64,000 nucleotides of DNA, taken from Euglena gracilis (Eukaryota). The position numbers and the translations under genes are program-made. Below the pieces are notes generated by a model that worked only from the letters and a program-made list of their open reading frames with translations, searched no databases and was not told the DNA's origin. Below, in pieces: positions 45,401-58,949 of the stretch (position 1 is the stretch's first letter; every line of letters begins with the position of its first letter). The DNA is taken from positions 31,148,012-31,212,011 of the forward strand of contig CP154954.1 of the NCBI GenBank assembly GCA_039621445.1. Direction: 5' to 3'.

Positions 45401-48400
45401 ATCCCCGCGAGCTCGCAGCTCGCAGCTCGGCGGGAGGCGGTGGTCCAACAGAAGTGCACCTCAACGTCGATTGGGCGGCTCACCTGCGTCATCAAAAAAA
45501 TGTCCAAAAAACACGAGACCTCCCGTATTGACTGCACAGGAGGATGAGCCTGGTGAGATGGAAGTGGAAGAAATAGAAGTGTGAGAACCCCACCACCATT
45601 TGCAGCTGCATTCGCTGGCAATGGCTGTGCCGATATTCATGCTGGTGCCACCTGCTGTGTTGTGACAAGGGGGGGGGGGACGCAACATGGACCATTGAGA
45701 AACGCGACACAAAAACCGATCTCAAAAATTGTGCAATCAATTTGCTGGAAAGAAATAATGGCAAAGACAAACTTCCCTGATACCACACTTTTTGTCTTGA
45801 CAAAAAGTGTGGTTTCAGGGAAAAAACTGGGCCAAACTATGGGAATTTTTCGAGTCGAAAAAATCTACCATTTTTTTCCAAATAAAATAGGAAAACACAA
45901 ATACAACAATATGCGCCCCCATAACAGCCGTGGTGCCTGCTGTGCCATACAGCAGCGGTACCTGCCAGCCAGTATGAACAGAAATGCATTGGCACCGCAG
46001 AAAATATTATCCCAGCAGGAGTGTCCCCTGCACAGCCGCCTCGCCTGGCTGTGGAGGGCTGCCTCTACCTGGGCGTCACTTGGCAACCCCCCAGGGGGGG
46101 TTGGGATTCAGCCCAGAGGCTAAAAAATCTGGGCTGGCTGGAAAAAAGCTGCTGGCTGACCCCCCCTCCCACAGGAATCCCCCGGCTGGTCTGACTGGGG
46201 TCGACTGAAGGTTCCAAAAAAAATCGAAACTGCAAAAAAAAAACGACAAAAAGGCTGATTTTGCAAAAACAACCAATTTTAGACGCAGAATTTGCCCTGG
46301 AAAGCCCAAATCTGATTGATATTTGCCCATTTTTTGGCCCATCTTTGCACCTCCAAAGCCAAAAAAAATCCGTTGCTGTCCGGCCGTCGCCTGGGCCGCT
46401 GGAAAACAACCTCATCGATGGGATGGGGGAAGGGGGACCGGGGCTGGAAAAAGGCTGCTTGCTCGCTGGACCCTCCCCCCCAGGGGGGATGACCTCCGCT
46501 TAAGCGACGCCCTGGCCTCCACCTTCTGGCAGTGTTTTGCCGTGAAGTTGCAGTCCAGGAACGTGTGCAGCGTCTTGCCCATGGTCCCCGTCACATGCCG
46601 GCAGCCGGCCGCCGAATGGGGCAGACCAGCCACATTTCCCCTGGTGGGGCATTGTCTGCCTGCGGGTGTGCATCCCCGCTGCGCCGAGGGTGCGGAGGGT
46701 TCGAAAATCGCCGTTTTCAAGTCAATGAAGCAGTAGCGGCCTGTTCCACTTTATATGCGACGCTTTCCTACCCGCTGCACTGTGCATTCTACCTCTGCAT
46801 TTATGCTTCATACACAGCTACCATTGGTCCGCGCCGATGCATCCCTGTCTTCCATTGTACATAGACCACCTGAGTGTGGTTTTCTGTTGTTGTAATTCTC
46901 TACTTTTTTTCATGTTTTGTTCATTAGCTCAGTTCCGGTAGGGCTGAGCCTTTGTCCAGTTTGCTTGCTCAGTCACCATTGGTCTGAGCCCCTTCTCATC
47001 TGCCTTACAGCACTGTATGATTACTCCATTTTCTGTTGATGTGAGCGCCCTCCGTGGGAGTATGTGAGCAATAATTTCTGTTTCACTTTTTTCCCTTACT
47101 TTTTATCTTTCTGATAAAGTACCTCTCCTGCTCAGTTCTAGAACCCCTGAGCATAATAATCCACTTACGCGGAGCCTGTACATGCCCAGGCACCAAACCA
47201 AACCAAACCAAACCACCCGCCCACCCTCTGGGGTGGGGCCCCCTGGGGGAGGGGATCCTGGGGGACCCACCCACTTTTGCCCGAAAATGGCCAAAATGCT
47301 AAAAATAGCACCCTTTTCAAAAAAGATATACCCTTTTCCGAAAAAGATATACCTGCCAGCCCCTACCCCCACCCCGTGGAGGAGGGAGTCCAAGGGGCCC
47401 ACCCACCCCCCCCCCCGGGGGGAAGGGGTCCAAGGCTAAAAAAAAACACCTGAAAAAACACCCTGGGGGGGTCTGCAAAACCTTAAAGAGATGTCTGGCT
47501 CGGGATCGGTGTCATCCTCTGACACAGTTCTGCTGACGCTTCGCCGGCCCTCTGCTCGGAGGTACAGCAGCGCCGCGGCGGGGTCGACGGCCAGCCCCGC
47601 CGCCGCCAGGTCGTCCACCAGGAACTGGAACTTCTTCGTCGGGGGCACCTCCCTGGGCCACAGCACAGAGAGTGGATTTTCAAGGACATGGGTGGTCGGG
47701 CCCAACCTGTTGTGGGGGGGGGGGGGCTCGGGTTTCTTTCAGGGTTAAAACACAAAAAACAGAGGTGCACATCTAGGAGTAATCTAGTGCGACCCACCCG
47801 GAGCCTGCTGGTCCCATAAAAAGAAAGGTCTGCGGCACACAATCGCCGTGCTCACAAACCTCACAGATGGAGTTTCTCGCGGAGGTGTGATGCCGACAAC
47901 CTTGCTGGGGTCCGCTCCCCCAAAATGCCGAACAAAGCTCAAATCGTGCGCATCAAGAAGAATAAAAATATGGAATTGCCGGTGATCTGACTGTCTGAGA
48001 TGCACGATGGACAACTGCTCAACTGCTCAACTGCACAACGGGGGTGGCCAGGAGGGCCGTCGTATCTGCCCACGTGGACTGCAACCACCGCCCGGCACCT
48101 TCCACAGCAGGATGGCATCGGCGGAGGTCCTTGCAAAGCCCCGTTCGTAATGGGGAGAAAAATGCAGCAATGCTCCAGCAATATTTCCATTGCATAGGAT
48201 TTGAACGTTTGGGTAACATTTACAATTGATGTTTGCAGCATTTGCACGACAAAGGCAAGATGAGGTTTGATGTAATTAGAATAAAAGGTGACACAGAAAG
48301 AAACTGATTAATTTGAAAATTTGAAGGAAAAAAATATTTTCAAATGATTTAACTTAACTTGTCACTGAAGGCCACCCTGTCCGACGATGCCCAGCATCTC

Positions 48401-51400
48401 CCGCAGGTAGGCGCAGTGCGCCGCCACCGTGGCGACGGCCACCGGGTGCCGGTGCAGCGCTGCGAGGGGGACGGCGGCGCGGAGGAGGTCGCGCTGGAGA
48501 CCGGCCTCGGGGCGGGGAGGGGGGACTTCGGCGGGCGGGCTGGGGATTGGGGTGGCCAATGGGGCGGGCAGGGATTGGGCCGGCGGAAAACCCGGCGATT
48601 GAGACGCACGTGGGTGGAAACGGGAGCCACAGGGGGGACAAGGGGGTGGCCTTTGCCTCCAAAATAGGCAACGGCAAGCGGCGGGAGTGCAACTGCTCTG
48701 CACTCCATATCCGCCAACTGCCCCAAACCATCCGTGTTTGATATGCGCCGTATCATCCGCTATCCTTTTCCAATCTCCTTTCCATTTTGGAAAGTTCCAG
48801 TTGCCTTTCATGGATTTGTTTCGCGCGGAACCAACCGCCACGCCGGAATGGCCTGAACGGCAGGGGGGAGGCCGGCCTCCTCGGGGCTGGCGGCCGGGGC
48901 GCTGAGCAGCACATCCAGCCGGCCGTGGTCTGCCGCCAGCGCCAGGCCGTGGCAGCGGTGGCCCCCGGCGGGCAGCGCTGGCAGCGCAGGCAGGGGCCCG
49001 TCGGGCAGGGGGAGGGGGGAAGGCTTGACTGCGGCTGCAGGACTGAGCCGGACCAACCAGAGATTTTTGAAAAAAGACTTGGAGGTGGACCCGCTTTTTG
49101 GGGCGTCAGTTTGGCAGTCAACGTAATTTTCGACATTCCGCGCAGAAAATGGGCCAGAAAAGGGGGAAACCCCAGCTTCCAGCAGGGCATCCACTCAGCC
49201 TGACCCCTCCGGGGGGACAGGGTCTGGTGGACCCCCATCCCACACCCTCCAGGGTTCCAAACATGGGGTGAGGTACCACAGTTTGGCTGGGGGCTGCCGA
49301 CCAGGAGCAGAGCTATTGCTGGCCCCTCGATGCCTTGGCGGAGGCCCTGGGCGGAGGGCTGAGGAGGGACGGCAGCTGGAGGTGCTGGATGGGGAACCAG
49401 CCGTGGGGGCGGGGCATGGGGGCAGCAGCCGAATGGGGTCGGGGGAGGAGGGGGTCATAATGCTAATCGGGGGGGGGGGTCCAGTGGATGGGAATGCCAC
49501 TGATTTTGTTGACGAAAATTCCCCAAAAAGGGCCTTTTGGAAAGTTTTGGGTCAAATTGACATGCTTCGTGTCGGTCACTGTAAAAAAAACTCACTCCAG
49601 CTGGGATTTCTGACAGACCCCCCCAATACGGTGGTCCACTGGAAATTCCACTGGATGAATTTGGACTCCTCCACCCCGGGTGGTACTGCAAGTCCTTAAG
49701 AAGACGCCTGCTGCAGGTGGCCTGAGAATGGTCGTTGTCACATCAAGCTCACAAGCTTGGTCTGTATCACAGAACGGCACACTTAACTGTGCCGGTTAGC
49801 CTGCCGTTTAGTTGCTCAGTCTGCCGTCCACACTAAACCAAGCAGCAAACTTCAGGCTCCCAGCGGTGCCAGGAAGCTTACCAGAGTGCAGCTCCCCAGA
49901 GTGCAGAACCCAGCTGGGAGGGGGAGGACCCATGCTCCGGGAAGACTTTGAAGTCCACGAGGCCCCCAGCACTGAGGCAAGCCAGGATGGAGACCTCTTC
50001 GGCGGATGCCTGGACCGGGGGCAGGGCCGAACGTTGGTGGGGAGGGCCCACGGCAATGCACTGGCCATGCCTGCTCCACCTGATTTCCATGTTTTCGAGG
50101 AGATGGAACAGGAAGGAGCGACGCCCTTCGGGTTGTGTGAAGACACAGCCAAGCACCTCTGGTCACCCATGCCCTTGAGCCCAGCATCGCCCAGCATCGC
50201 CCAGCATCGCCTTTGAAGCCCTTGGAGGTGTACCTCTTGTACCCACATTCACTCAGATACCTGCCTCCAAAACATCCAATACAGCATCTACATGCACTTC
50301 ATCCACTTTCATCCACATTTGGTCATTTACCCACTTTTACAACTTTTGGCCGCTCTTGGCCACTTTTGGCCACTTTTGGCTACTTTGCCCGATTTAATCC
50401 ACCTTTGGCCGTCTTTGGCTTGCGGTTACTACCAGATATGCTTTCAATTTGACGGCTGATTGACTGTTTTGGCTCCTTTAAGACCATTTTGGTCGGCCAA
50501 AACCAGTTTTAGACCATTGGCCACAAGCACTTCCCCCAATCCCTTACTTATCCATTTGGCCAAACCAGCATCTGCATCCATTGCACTAATCCAATATCTG
50601 CATCTTGTTCAATATCTGCATACATTGCTTGTCTAGCATCTGCATCATTGTCCAGTATCTGCATCTTGTCAAGAATCTCAATCTTGTCCAGTATCTGCAT
50701 CCGTTGCATCCTGCATCCACTGCCTTGTCCAGCATCCGAATCTTGTCCAGATCTGTATCCACTGCATCTTGTCTCATTGCATCTTGTCCAGCATCTGCAT
50801 CTTGTCCAGCATCTGCTTCTTGTCCAGCATCTGCATTGTGTCCAGTATCTGCATCTTGTCTAGCATCTGAATCTTGTCCAGCATCTGCATCTTGTCCACC
50901 ATCTGCACGTTGTCCAATGTCTGCATCCACTTCATCTTGTCCAGCATCGGCATCTTCTCCAGTATCTGCATCTTGTCCAGCATCGGCATCTTCTCCAGTA
51001 TCTGCATGTTGTCCAGCACCTGCATCTTGTCCAGTGCCTTCATCTAATTCATCTTGTCCAGCATCTGCATCTTGTCCAATATCTGCCCAGCATTCGTCCG
51101 GTGGCTCCTAAGCAAACCAAATAACCACAAAAGCCCAACAAATGACCACAAAAAGCCCAAAATTGACCACAAAAAGCCCCAAAAGCAACCAAAATAACCA
51201 AAAATTGTCCAAAACCCCAACAAATTCCACAAAAGGTTGTGAAAAATGACCCAAAATCACCAAAAAAGCGCAAAATGGCCAAAAATGCCATAAAATCTGC
51301 TCAAAAAGGCCCCAATTAGCCCAATACTTGCCAAATCAGTGATAAATAGCCCCCAAATTAGCAAAAATTGACCCATAATGGCCAAAATAGGTGTAAAACT

Positions 51401-54400
51401 GGAGCTTTGTGGGAAAATTATCCCAAAAATGGTTCAATTCTCCAAAATATACAAGAAAAATGCCAGCATCGCCCAGCATCGCCCAGCATCGGAACCCCAC
51501 CTCTGGTCTCCAAAAATCCAGCATCGCCCAGCATCGCCCAGCATCGCCCAGCATCATCAGAGGTGCTTGGACACAGCTGCGCCCCTCGAAACCAAACACC
51601 TTGCATTCTGGTGGAGCCCTGATCCTTCCTGATCAGGGGTTTTTTTTTAAGACTGGGGGGAGGGGGTCCCCCACCCATCCTCCCCCTGGGGGGGGGGGTC
51701 CCGTGGGACCCACTGACTTTTCCCCGAAAAATGGCCAAAGCTCGCGAAAAATGCAAAAATAGCCCCTTTTTCAAAAAAAAATTTGGCGCCTTCGGTGCTG
51801 AAAAATATATCCCACTGGGGGGGGGGCTCAGCCGGACCCACCCACCCTACCCCCCCAAGACCAAAAAACCCCTGTTCCTGATTGTCCCTGGTTGGCAAAT
51901 TATTGGTCAGAGGTGGGCGTATGCCAATTAAAAAAATTCACGTTTGGCCGCTTTTGGGCAGCGTTTGGCCAACTTGCCCACTGTTGGCTGCTTCTGGCCA
52001 CTTTTGTCTGCTTTGGCCACTTCTGGCTGCTTCCGGTTCCTTTTTTGCACACTTGGGGTTGGGTATGACCTACAAAATTGGGAGTGTAAATTAATGCCCC
52101 ATGTTGTAGGTGCCTGCTCATCACACCATTGGGTTGATGTCAGAATTTGCTTTCATATGGAGTCTCAGCATTGTCAGGAAGCACAGGGAAAAAAATGTTT
52201 TTTTCCACCTCCACCTCCAGCTCCTCTTTTTATACTTGCATCGTGATTTATTGTTCACCACCTTAAAAGAACTCTTTCATCATGCTTCACATTTCACAAC
52301 CACAAATTTCTGTTCTGCATATCTCTATATATGTATATATATATGTGTATATATATGTATACATATATATACATATATGTGTATATATTATATTAGAAGA
52401 GTATAATCTGAGAGAGAGAGAGAGAAGCGAGAAAGAGAGAGAAAGAGAGAAGAGAGAGAGAAACTTATATCTAATAATAGTAGAGAAGAGAGAGATAGAG
52501 AAGAGAGAGAAGAGAGAAGAGACAGAAAAGAGACTAAGAGAGAGAGAGAGATAGAGATAAGATAAGATCAGAGAGAAGAGGAGAGAGAGTCTTGAGAGAG
52601 AAGAGAGAGAAGAGAAGAGATATAGAGAATATAATAGAGAGACAATATCTCTCTCTAAGATAGATATGGAGAATATATCTATCTCTTATCTATAGATGAA
52701 GAGAGATAGATATAATATAAGATATTATAGAGATAAGATATAGCTATACACTATATCTATGTATATATATTGTATTATGTATATACAGACTAAAAAGAGA
52801 GAAAGAGAGAAAGAGGAAAAAGATAAAAGAGAGAAGAGAAGAGAATAGAGAGAGATAAAGAGAGAAAAAGAAAGACAGAGAGATATAATAAACACAAGAG
52901 AAATATAAGATATATCAGACATAGAGAAAGAGATAAAGAGATAGAGACTAGACAGAAGACAGAGAATAAGAATAGATAGAAGAAGAGAAGAGAGAGGAGA
53001 GAGGAGAGATAAAGAAAAGAAGAGAGAGATAAAGAAATATATATAAATAAAGAGATATATATATATATAGATATATATATAGAGAGAAGAATAGACAATA
53101 TATATACTATATATATTAATATAAAATAGATACATATCATATATAGAGATAAAATAATATAAGATTATATTATATATAATATATATATTATATATTCTTA
53201 TCTGTCTAGACATGTATATATATAATGTATATGAAGTGTTTACATCGTCTATACAGAGAACATACTAGAGAGAGAAGACAGAAAGAGGAGAGAGATAGAA
53301 AAAAGAAGAAGAGAGAGAAGATAAAGAGAGATATATCAGATAAGAGAGAAATAGAGACAATAGAGAGAGAGATAAGAGGAGATAATACTATCAGAGAGGA
53401 GACATAGACATAGACAGAAATCTATCCTAAATATCTATATTATAGAATATAGAGTATAGGTATAGGAGAGATAGAATATATCTAATATATAGATATTATA
53501 TATTTCTGTATAGAGTAGATATAGACATAGGTATAGAGAGGATATATGTATATGTATATATATCTGATATCTCTCTTATATCTAATATCTATACTCTAGT
53601 ATATATATTAGAGACTATAAGATAAGATAGAAGAGATAGAGATAATATAGATAAGAGATATAAGAGATATAATTCTTAGACAAGTATAATATATTCATAT
53701 TATAGTATATCTATATGATTCTCTGTATACATGTATGTATATATATGTATACATATTGTATATATAGAATAGGTATATATAAATATATAATAGATATCTC
53801 TTATTCTGAGAATTATATATACAACATAATATATATCTATATATATATATAATCTACTGTATACAGAAATATATATATATATATAATATATATCTCTCTA
53901 TATATATATATATATTTGTATATATATATTTTAGATATATATATTATACATTGTATGTATATGTATATATATTTCTGTATACATATATACATGTATATAT
54001 ATGTATATATATGTATATATAAGTGTATATATATTATATATAATATATAAAAATATATATATATATAAAAATATATATAAAAATATAATATATATAAAAT
54101 ATATATATATATATTTCTGTATACATGTATAAATATAATGTTTGAGTATGACAGGGATGATGGGACACGAAGCAAATGTTGTCACTAAAACAAATGCTGT
54201 CTCTTGAGTAATATGCTCTCATATATACCCTCACACTCTCAAATTCACTCTCAAATATGTTCATGTGGGGGGCACTGTTGAGCCAAGCAACACTTGCCGG
54301 ACAACCTGCAGCAAGTGCCGCCCTTTCAGGTGCTTGAACGGGGAGAGGTGGTCGCCCTCCCCGGCGACCGGCGGCAGGAAGGTGTCGATGGCGTGAAGCA

Positions 54401-56697
54401 GCCCGTGCTCGCTGTCGAGGGAGAGGGTCGGCCGTATGGGGACTGGGTTGTGAGGTGTTTGCCATCTGCAGGGATCTGTGAACAGAGCCTGGCCACCCTC
54501 ATAACGGAACATCTTCGAGGTTTCTGAGTTCTCCGGGAGCTGGCAGGCAAAATGGGAGTCAAAACTTCATTCGTGCATTCCGCTGCTGAACCACCTCTGT
54601 ATCATTTCAATGATGCCACAAGAGACCAGGATGCTCTCCGACAGCAAAAATAAAGAAATTAATAAGTTGTACTTGCAGAATGGTTTCCAATAACGCTGGC
54701 CCACTTGGACGTTTGGTGTAACCATGCCAAAAACTTTGCCCTCACTTGCAAAAGTTTGGAAACTGTCACACTTGTGACTGTTCCCAAGATGTGTATGCAT
54801 GCACATGCACACGCACACACATATACACACATGCACACACACACACACACACGCACGCACGCACGCATGCACACATGCACGCACGCATGCACACACACAT
54901 GCACACACACACACACGCTCACACACACACACACACGACACTGGCTGAGGTGGCCACACAATGTCGCGAAGGCAAGGGAGGCAATGTATCATGAACAAAC
55001 TTGAGTTGTGAAAAATAAATAATTGAAGAAGGACCCAGGGAGTTATTGACGACGCCTGACATGAAATTAGATGCAATTCTCTCCTAACACCAACACACAG
55101 CACATACAGAAATATTGGAGCCGACCCTTTGCAGACCAGGCCTTCGGCAGACGCCGGCTCACCCAACACATGTGAGTCACAGCAGTGGTGTGCTGGTGCA
55201 CCATCCGGGCCGAGGACACGGCCTCCGCGGTGGCCGAGGCGCTGAACCGCACCACGCACTTCCCGTCCTCCACCCGGTGGTCGCAGGGCCTCCCCGCCTC
55301 CAGCCCCCCCCACGCACAAAAAAAAAGTAACGGGAAAGGCAGATGAATAAAATGAAGAACACAAATAGAATGCGCCACTGTAGGACATGAAAGACAGATA
55401 GTTTGCGTGTGACCTGGCACAGCGTTCAACGGCCCGGGGCCTGGGCAGAGGTGCACCTCGCCGTTGGCCAGTCCCGCCGCCAGAAGCTTGCCGGTGGGGC
55501 TCCACAGCAGTGCCGTCACCTCCGCCGGGGTCGTCAGCTGGAACAGCCGCTGGAACGACAGCGCGTTGTGCAGGACGGTCCACGGCCGGTCACACCGCGA
55601 TGAGACGTGACCCCAAAATGACTCCGATCCACTCACTCCGTCTTGGGGGGGGGGGGGTTCAGATCGACACACCTTGCACCTTGCACTCAATTGCCTCCTG
55701 AAAATGTGGTGGATGGATCGCAATGCAACGCATCGTTCTCAAGATACAATATCGCTTTCAGTGGAGCGGCTGGCTAAGACTTGCCCGGGGGGGTGGCCAG
55801 CATACAATTGCTTACCGACCCCCGGGGGGGGGGGGGGGGGGTCACTCCACTTTTTTTTAAAAACCAGTCAGTCACTCATTTTCAAAAAACCAGCCAGTCA
55901 CTACCCCCCCCCCCCCTGGGGGAGGTCGGCCACTCAGAAAAACGGCCACTTTCCAGTCACTTTAGGCCATTTTAAGCCCAAAAAAATTTTCGGCGCCAGG
56001 GTCACTCAAGCCACTTTTGCCCACTCCTGGCCGACCCCCCCGGGGGGGGGGGGGGGGGGGATCGCGGGCCAAAACCCAGTCAGTCCTTCTGAAAAACCCA
56101 GCCCCCCCCCCGGGGGGGGGGGGGGGGTTGGTCAGTGCTTAAGCAATTGTCTGGTGGCCAGCCGGGGGCGATGCTGCTCCGCGCCGCCACGGCGACCAGG
56201 TCCATCTCATGGCACAGTGTGACGAGGGAGATCGGGCCCGGCACGGCCTTGCTGTGGAGCAGCCGCATCGGTCCTGACCCGCCGCCCTGCCGCAGCGGGT
56301 CAGGCGCCCACAGGGATGGCGGGTGCCCTGCGGATGGGTGGGACAGCCATGGGGCGGGGAGCTGCTTGTGGGAGGAGGGCGGGAGAGGTGGGGACTGGGG
56401 AGAGACTTCCCCTGAGATAGCCTTAGGGGTAGGCAAATTTTCCAACAATTTTGGCCCAGTCCTTATCCTTATCCTTATCCTTATCCGGTTCTTTGACCGT
56501 CCGCAGAACCGAAGTTTTCCCACCCTCTTACTGTCGAGGTAGGAGGGGAGGTCTGACCCCCCCTCTCCGTGTTGGGGGTCTGGTCCCGCTTCCCACACAT
56601 CCCTGGCCGTGTGCTGTGGGGCCACCGGCTCCGGGGAACCCCAACGGTCAAACAGTCCTTGCACTTCCCCCTGCAGTTCTGCGACACTAGACAACAT
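36484..56697 (-). CDS. APC4: Anaphase-promoting complex subunit 4 (WD40 plus helical domain), about 20 exons
   Basis: Spliced N-terminus [68 protein letters not shown] (exons 56327-56169, 55575-55446, 55277-~55140) fits the ANAPC4 WD40 pattern. Internal exons are in the expected order: ~54460-54305, ~49405-49365 (HGWFPIQHL), ~49000-48900, ~48495-48380, ~47640-47560, ~46590-46510, ~45265-45175, ~44330-44260 (YGSFGLH), ~42870-42730 (ELLHWL), ~40960-40585, ~39540-39400. C-terminus is [31 protein letters not shown] with TGA at 36484-36486. First exon 56697-56532 is tentative. Confidence 0.85.
36581..37383 (-). other. Non-conventional (euglenid-type) intron, last APC4 intron
   Basis: G|CGCAGCCCCCT ... 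AGGGGGCTGTCGTCCG|T. Purine|pyrimidine at both junctions, CAGCCCCCT pairs with AGGGGGCTG, and removal gives in-frame GTACVATAQ. Confidence 0.75.
39997..40170. mobile_element. 174-bp hAT-like MITE made of GTGATACA repeats
   Basis: 25-bp TIR CAGACCGCCATTTAGTGTGTATCAC (1 mismatch); TSD CCTTGGAA. Confidence 0.88.
50568..51087. repeat. 18-bp minisatellite GCATCTTGTCCAGCATCT, ~28 degenerate copies
   Basis: Directly visible inside an APC4 intron; the wider region is bracketed by (CAGCATCGCC)n at ~50180 and ~51465-51555. Confidence 0.92.
51634..51874. mobile_element. hAT-like MITE
   Basis: TIR CAGGGGTTTTTT; TSD TTCCTGAT. Confidence 0.83.
52320..54140. repeat. Degenerate (GA)/(TA) low-complexity tract
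   Basis: About 1.8 kb almost devoid of C, intronic in APC4. Confidence 0.9.
55278..55445 (-). other. Non-conventional intron in APC4
   Basis: G|CCCAGG ... CCCTGCGACCA|C. CAG/CTG pairing; removal gives EVHLCRVEDG. Confidence 0.72.
55576..56168 (-). other. Non-conventional intron in APC4
   Basis: G|CCCCCGGCTGGCCAC ... GTGACCGGCCGTGGACCG|T; removal gives [11 protein letters not shown]. Confidence 0.72.
55801..56153. mobile_element. hAT-like MITE inside a non-conventional APC4 intron
   Basis: TIR CATACAATTGCTTA / TAAGCAATTGTCTG; TSD GTGGCCAG; near-identical to 22497-22845. Confidence 0.87.
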
Positions 56698-56777
56698 CTG
56701 GTATAGTTTACTGATCTGGGTGCCCTATATTGGTACTTGAAAAACGTGGTTCCGTCGCGAGATCGGCCGCTGGGGGG

Positions 56778-57374
56778 GGGGCAGAACGGGAAGGCCTGGT
56801 GGGGGGGGGGGCGACCCCCCACCCGGGAGGTAGGGGGTCGAACCCCCCCCACCCACCACAACATTTTCATCAATTTCAGGAAAACAGGGATGTTGGCCGG
56901 GGAAAATGTTTGAACTTTTTTGAAAAATAAACCCAAAATGCATGTAATTTTTAGGAGGGGGGGGTGAAAAAAATGAAGGTCAAAAAAATTGGACCAAATC
57001 CTGGCACAATCAAATTTTACTGACATTTTTCCTCTTTGAATTCCTTTCGACTTTCAATGTCATTTTTTTGCTTCAAAAACCTCTCAAAATTAAAACTTTG
57101 AGAAAATGTTGAATTTTTGGAAGGTGTGAAAAAATGGGGTTTCGGGGGGCTTTTGGGGGGGACCCCCTATATGGGTCCCAAAATGGGTCAAAAAAAAACA
57201 CCTGGCGCCGAAGGCGCCGGAAAAATTTTTCTGGTCCAAAAATTGGTGCTCCCGGAAATACGGGAAGAGGTGGGGGGGTGGTCGACCCCCCCCACCCACT
57301 ATGCAGGGGGGTGGGGGGGGGTCGACTCCCCCACCCACCACCCTGGCCGTTTGGCCAATTCCCGTTCTGCCCTG
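56778..57374. mobile_element. Second copy of the 11344-12016 MITE family
   Basis: Collinear similarity along its length; same right end TTCCCGTTCTGCCCTG; left end merges into a G run. Confidence 0.78.
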
Positions 57375-58048
57375 GGGGGGGGGGGCAATGTGACTGAATG
57401 GTTTTGGAAAAAATGGAAAATGAGCAGGTAAGCAAAGGTGTGGCTGGGACAAACGGCCACCCAGTTCCAAAGGCTCCGGGACATTGCTGCACCCACGGAA
57501 GAAAGCATGGCTTTCCGTTTCTTTTTTTGTTGCTCAAGCGGTCGATGGTGGGGTGGGGGGTCAAAGTGGTTGGGAAGAGGAAAGCAAATGCGGGGAAAAC
57601 GCCCTGCTCCACTGCCGAGAATTCTCTTCCAACTGTGCTCCGTTTTTCCGTCGCTGTCAAGTCCAACCCGGCACAAGTCGCAGTCAGCAGGTATCCATTT
57701 CTACGTGTAATTGTTGTTGACTTTAAAATGCACTCATATTATAACCTTTTGAATTATGAAAAACTATCATCATTTTCCCTCCAATGTTGGATTTCCCCTT
57801 TTTTTTCACATCATTTTCCCCATAGTTTTGTCTCCCGCAGTTTTGTTCGCGCTGTAGACAAAATCTGGAGGGACTGCTTGGTATGGTTTGGGCTGGCGCA
57901 CAAGGTCAAATAACAATGCGTCAAAACAGGGTCACCAAAGAGGTCACAGTAATGAAATGAAAAGAAAGGCAATGGAAGGTAATGATGTGCTGTACAATCA
58001 TGCCTCCTCTGCGGCTTCATGGGGTTTTTTTTACAATGCAGATGAAAG

Positions 58049-58112
<64 letters not shown>

Positions 58113-58201
58113 TGTGCATCGCAAGAAGGCTTTGACTTGCTGAGCAAAATGTACAATGAGCACCTGACGCTATGGTACACAACAGCGAGGGGTTGCAGCG
58201 A

Positions 58202-58794
58202 TCAAACACAGCGGACGCAGACACGGTTGGTGTTGGTGAGGGCAAGGCGGGGGCAACATTTGTCGCAGGCCACGCAGCCGCACACCCGGCAGTGGTGGCG
58301 GCGCCGGACAAATGTGAACTGCGAACAGCGAACGAAAGGAAGTTGCGAAGGGGGGCAGGGAGGTTTGCAGGCAGCCGGAAAGGGCCCGACAGAATCCCTG
58401 ACCACTTTCTTCACAAATGCAAATTTGGGGAAATGTCGTACAATGTTCTGCAGTACAAAATTCCAATCACACCTGGTCAACCACAGATTTGCGCAATTGA
58501 CAGATTGAACAATGCAAGAAGCAAAAGAATGTCCCACGGATGTGTCAGCGACAATGCTGACTAATGAATTCTCATCTCAACACCCACGGAGGGATTAAAA
58601 CACCTGTTGAACCGCAACTGCGGGCACAGCTGCAGGGGGGGGGGAACCTCCTTGCGGCAGACACTGCAGTGGGTGCTGTCGGGCTCCCACTGCTCCCGCC
58701 GGATCCAAACTTTTGGCGCATCACCGTCAGGGGTCCGCTCTTGCACCTTGGCACGGAGAGGGGATGCGAAGGGTGACTGACACAACACCACCAT
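58202..58794 (-). CDS. Small FYVE zinc-finger protein (87 aa, 2 exons)
   Basis: Exon 58794-58648 (49 codons, WEPD...CSVC), a GT-AG intron, then exon 58318-58202 (FTFVRRRHHCRVCGCVACDKC...RVCVRC*). WxxD, RRHHCR and RVC signatures and eight Zn-ligand cysteines are present. Confidence 0.88.
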
Positions 58795-58949
58795 GGAAGC
58801 TGGAGACCTAAACACAGACTTAAGCAAAATTCGACCCAAGGGATTCTTGGTGTTTTCCAACAAATGTTTAGATACATGCATTAAAACAAAAACATGTATG
58901 CACATGTGTTCACTGAATTGAAAACAAGGACACTGGCGATAAGAAAATT

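Noticed and set aside
49812-50216. Plus-strand 134-aa ORF inside APC4 as a nested gene
   Set aside because: No recognisable motif; it could equally be the antisense of an APC4 exon.
52725-54185. Hydrophobic I/Y/L/S-rich ORFs resembling membrane or mitochondrial proteins
   Set aside because: They arise from GA/TA low-complexity sequence and may include consensus errors.
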